A stretch of DNA of 64,000 bases, from positions 99,185 to 163,184 of the forward strand of contig CBDBCY010000002.1 in assembly GCA_965203555.1 (NCBI GenBank), written 5' to 3'. The notes beneath the pieces are model-generated. The model was not told the DNA's origin. It made no database searches and saw only the letters and a program-made list of their open reading frames with translations. Within the stretch, counting starts at the first letter, position 1. Each line of letters starts with the position of its first letter. Below are positions 61,115-64,000 of this stretch, in pieces. The translations under genes were made by a program, and so were the position numbers. This DNA is from Acidimicrobiia bacterium (GTDB lineage Bacteria; Actinomycetota; Acidimicrobiia; Spongiisociales; ZC4RG35).

Positions 61115-61260
61115 ATGATGTTGCCGCCCTGCAGGAACGCTACTCGCACAGTTTGGAGTGGGCTCGAAGGTTCGTTGAGATGGGCGAGTACGTTTTGGCG
61201 TTAGCGGAGAGGTTCACAGACGAAATGTTGCATGTCCTCAATGTCCCAAGGCGACAATAG
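61107..61260 (+). pseudogene. Internally deleted HEPN gene
   Basis: N-terminal piece (..VEMGEY) fused to C-terminal piece (VLALAERF..); same overlap geometry as the 40.9 kb pair. Confidence 0.55.
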
Positions 61261-61771
61261 ATGACCGGGACCGACACACCTGAGCAGGGACCGCCACTAT
61301 CGCAAAGACCGGGGGCGGCGCCTCCTACCATTCGCCTGGTTTGGTGACCCCCCGGGCGGCTGTGGCCGGATTAATGGCTGTAAAACTGCCTTCTGATCCG
61401 GCTGGCTTCCGGTCAAGCGACGGCCCGTCGCCACGACGCGGTGACCATGGCGAAAGTGCCCGAAGGAGGGATGTGACTTCAACAGGCACACTGATCGTCG
61501 AAGGTGATTGGCGGAACCTGCCATAAAGGACGACCTGATACCAATGTTCTGACCGGACTCCGCGATTGAGAGGTTGCACAAGGACCCGACCGTTGCGATC
61601 GAGAAGCAGCGTCGCACGCCGAGAGCCGAAAGGGTCAGGCTACGCGCCGGCGAGACTGTTGCGATTCTTCCGGGAACTGCCGGCGGCGAATTTCACGTCC
61701 ACATTGCAGGCAAGATTCGTTCTAGACTGCCGCCCATGGCATCTTCAGGGGAAAGGGTGGCGTCACGGGAA

Positions 61772-62143
61772 ATGAGTGCGGCGGAACTGCCTCCCCTGCT
61801 TGTTCACGAGTATGACAAGCGGGGTGGCTGGGTGGCTCTTGCCCAGTTTGCCCAGAACTGGAACCGCCGTCCTGATTCGCGCCGGTCTATGATGCGCGAT
61901 CCACTGCCGGCTGAAACGGATCCCAAGAGGGGGGCCGCCATCGCCGCAGTCGTCCATTCTCTCTGTATCCGAGACGGCATTCCCGTTCCTGACTGGGTCC
62001 TGACGTGGAGGTACGACACTCCCGTCACGCTGGCTGCAGGCATTGGCACTGATTCTCCTTTCGGGCGAGGCGTTCGGGTCTGCTCGCCTGCGGTGTGCGA
62101 GTATCACCGCATCTTTTTTGAGATCAGTTTCCGGGATCGCTAA
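61772..62143 (+). CDS. Orphan paralog of the DUF6036 partner protein
   Basis: LAQFAQNWNR..AIAAVVHSLCIRDGIPVPDW..HRIFF. Confidence 0.65.
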   Translation: MSAAELPPLLVHEYDKRGGWVALAQFAQNWNRRPDSRRSMMRDPLPAETDPKRGAAIAAVVHSLCIRDGIPVPDWVLTWRYDTPVTLAAGIGTDSPFGRGVRVCSPAVCEYHRIFFEISFRDR

Positions 62144-62258
62144 TGACCCGGGCGCTTGATAGGGACTATCTCAAGCAGGGCAACCACCACCAGAGCTTGC
62201 CAAGCGATGGATGACCGAGTCGAAGATTTCATCCACAAAGTGGTGGAGATGAGAGATA

Positions 62259-63900
62259 ATGAAACTGACTGACGATCCCCGATGGAGAGAAGCCTGCCAG
62301 CGAGTGGACCGTGCGGCTTCCCTGCTCGAGGAAGCGCGTCTCGGCGCCCAGGACGGCGTTTGGGAGGCGCGGGAGCGTTGGCGCAGGGTGTCCTGCAGAT
62401 GGTTGGAGGAAAGGGGAAGCACAGAAGATATCTCGGAAGCAGCACAGGCCTTTGTCGAGGCTGTGGAATCGGTAGTGCCTCCACAAGCCTTGAATCCCGT
62501 GTATCCCTTCAACGAACCGGGTGAGCCCGTCTTGTTGCACGCCGGGCTCCTGTCGGTGATACTGGAAGACCGATCTTCAGACCTGACCGTGGCTACAGAA
62601 GCAACAGGCGAGGGTCGGGTGTATTTCGAGTTTTCGCCCACTCCCCCGGGTGTCGTGGGAAACGGTTGTCGAGGGCACCGCTCCCGACCTACTGAAGGCG
62701 TTGCATCGGAGTACACGGGAAAGATTGGTGCCGCCGCAGTTCGGTGACCCTGGTCTCGCAGTGACACCTATTGCAGATGACGTGGCCGACCTGCCGGAAA
62801 TCGGCAGTCTCGGGGGGATGCGTTTCTATGGCATCTTGTTGTCATCTGAGCAACTGGGGAACTTCGATGGGCTCTCGGATGTACGGTTCCATCTGGTCAA
62901 CTGCCCGCTGGGACGCGGAACAGGTCTCGTTTTGCAAGAGTTGGAAAACGGTTCTTCATCCGGTCAGACCGCGAAGTTCCCCAAGTTCTGGCCGATGCCG
63001 CATCGGCTGACACTCCAGCAGGATGGTTGGAGGATCGATATCGACGCTCGTCGGGATTTTGCCGATACCTGGGAAAAGGTGCGCAAAACGGGGTCCTTCG
63101 TGTTCACCCATGCCGGCCGAATAGGAAGATTGGACGACTCCGCGTTCTCATTCGCGAGCGCAAGAGATCTCCTGACCGCATTGCATTGGTTCTTGTCCTT
63201 TGTGGTGGGCAGACGAGTGGGCGTCGCTCTGCCGGTTGGATTCGACGAGTCGGGCAATCCAACTTGCACAGAGTGGGGATCACCGATTGTTGACAGTGGT
63301 GTGTCGTCTTTTCAGTGGTATCACGAATCGATATCGATCGACCTGCCCTCCCTGTTCCGCGGATTCTACGGGGTTTGGAGTGATCGCTTCTGGAAAGACG
63401 TACTTTCACAGGTCATCGGTGCGTATACGTTCGCCAAGGACGGGCGAAATCAAGGCACTCTGACTCTCGCGCAGACTGCGCTTGAATCCCTGGCGTGGGC
63501 AGTGCTGGGGATCAGGAGGGGGCAACTATCGAGAAGTGCCTTCGATAACCTATCGGCAGCAGAGCGAATCCGAAGGCTATTGAACTGGGCCGGGCGTTCC
63601 AAACGACGTTCCCCCGAATCAATCTTACCTCGCCGCAAGAGCACAGGCTCTTGAAGACCACAAGGACGGCCCACAGGTAATGGTCTGGACCCGCAACAGG
63701 ATCGTCCATCCTGCCCGCTCTCCTTATAGGAACAGCATGATGCGAAAGATCTCGTTGGAAGCCAATTATCTGGCGCTTGGTACCTGGACCTGACCCTGTT
63801 GAGGCTATTCGACTATCAGGGTGAATACGTCAATTGGGCGAGGGGAATGGGAGGCGGCTCTCTGACAGAATGCATCGAACATGTACCCTGGGCAACCTAG
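62259..63900 (+). pseudogene. ApeA/YopA-like protein with C-terminal HEPN motif, at least 3 frameshifts
   Basis: VRFHLVN, FTHAG, FLSF..G, QTALE; shifted frame DGP..RNRIVHP (Rx4H) and YLDLTLLRLFDYQGEY..VPW*. Confidence 0.7.
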
Positions 63901-64000
63901 AAAAAAGAACCGCAACAAAGCCACCAGCCGTGCCGTCACTTCTCCCAGGGTTTGCTCTGCCACCTTGACACAGCTGAGGATCCGTTCCTCGTAGGTATGC

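Overview
High-GC actinobacterial chromosome segment, probably Acidimicrobiia (inferred from gene content: F420 cofD/cofE, WhiB, GT2-DUF5719, many SLH proteins and TolB-like repeats). Core genes: sigma70 (partial), Liv-type ABC transporter, acyl-CoA carboxylase alpha/beta, birA, dienelactone hydrolase, epimerase, cofE/cofD, GT2, DUF5719, pgi, and a WhiB7-like regulator behind a uORF and terminator. Accessory blocks: (i) a decayed insert at 12.3-19.4 kb carrying a chimeric cofE/epimerase duplication; (ii) a ~14 kb island at tRNA-Val(TAC), bounded by a 28-bp direct repeat and full of IS elements and toxin-antitoxin modules, including two copies of an unnamed BrnT-like pair; (iii) a translationally coupled operon of N6-MTase, MORC-like GHKL/histidine kinase, receiver and MBL hydrolase, now damaged; (iv) four paralogous SLH surface-protein genes, two of them inverted with near-identical 5' ends, an arrangement suited to surface switching by inversion; (v) further NTase/HEPN modules. 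Several frameshifts fall in G/C runs and may be sequencing errors. All family assignments come from reading motifs by eye; no database search was run.
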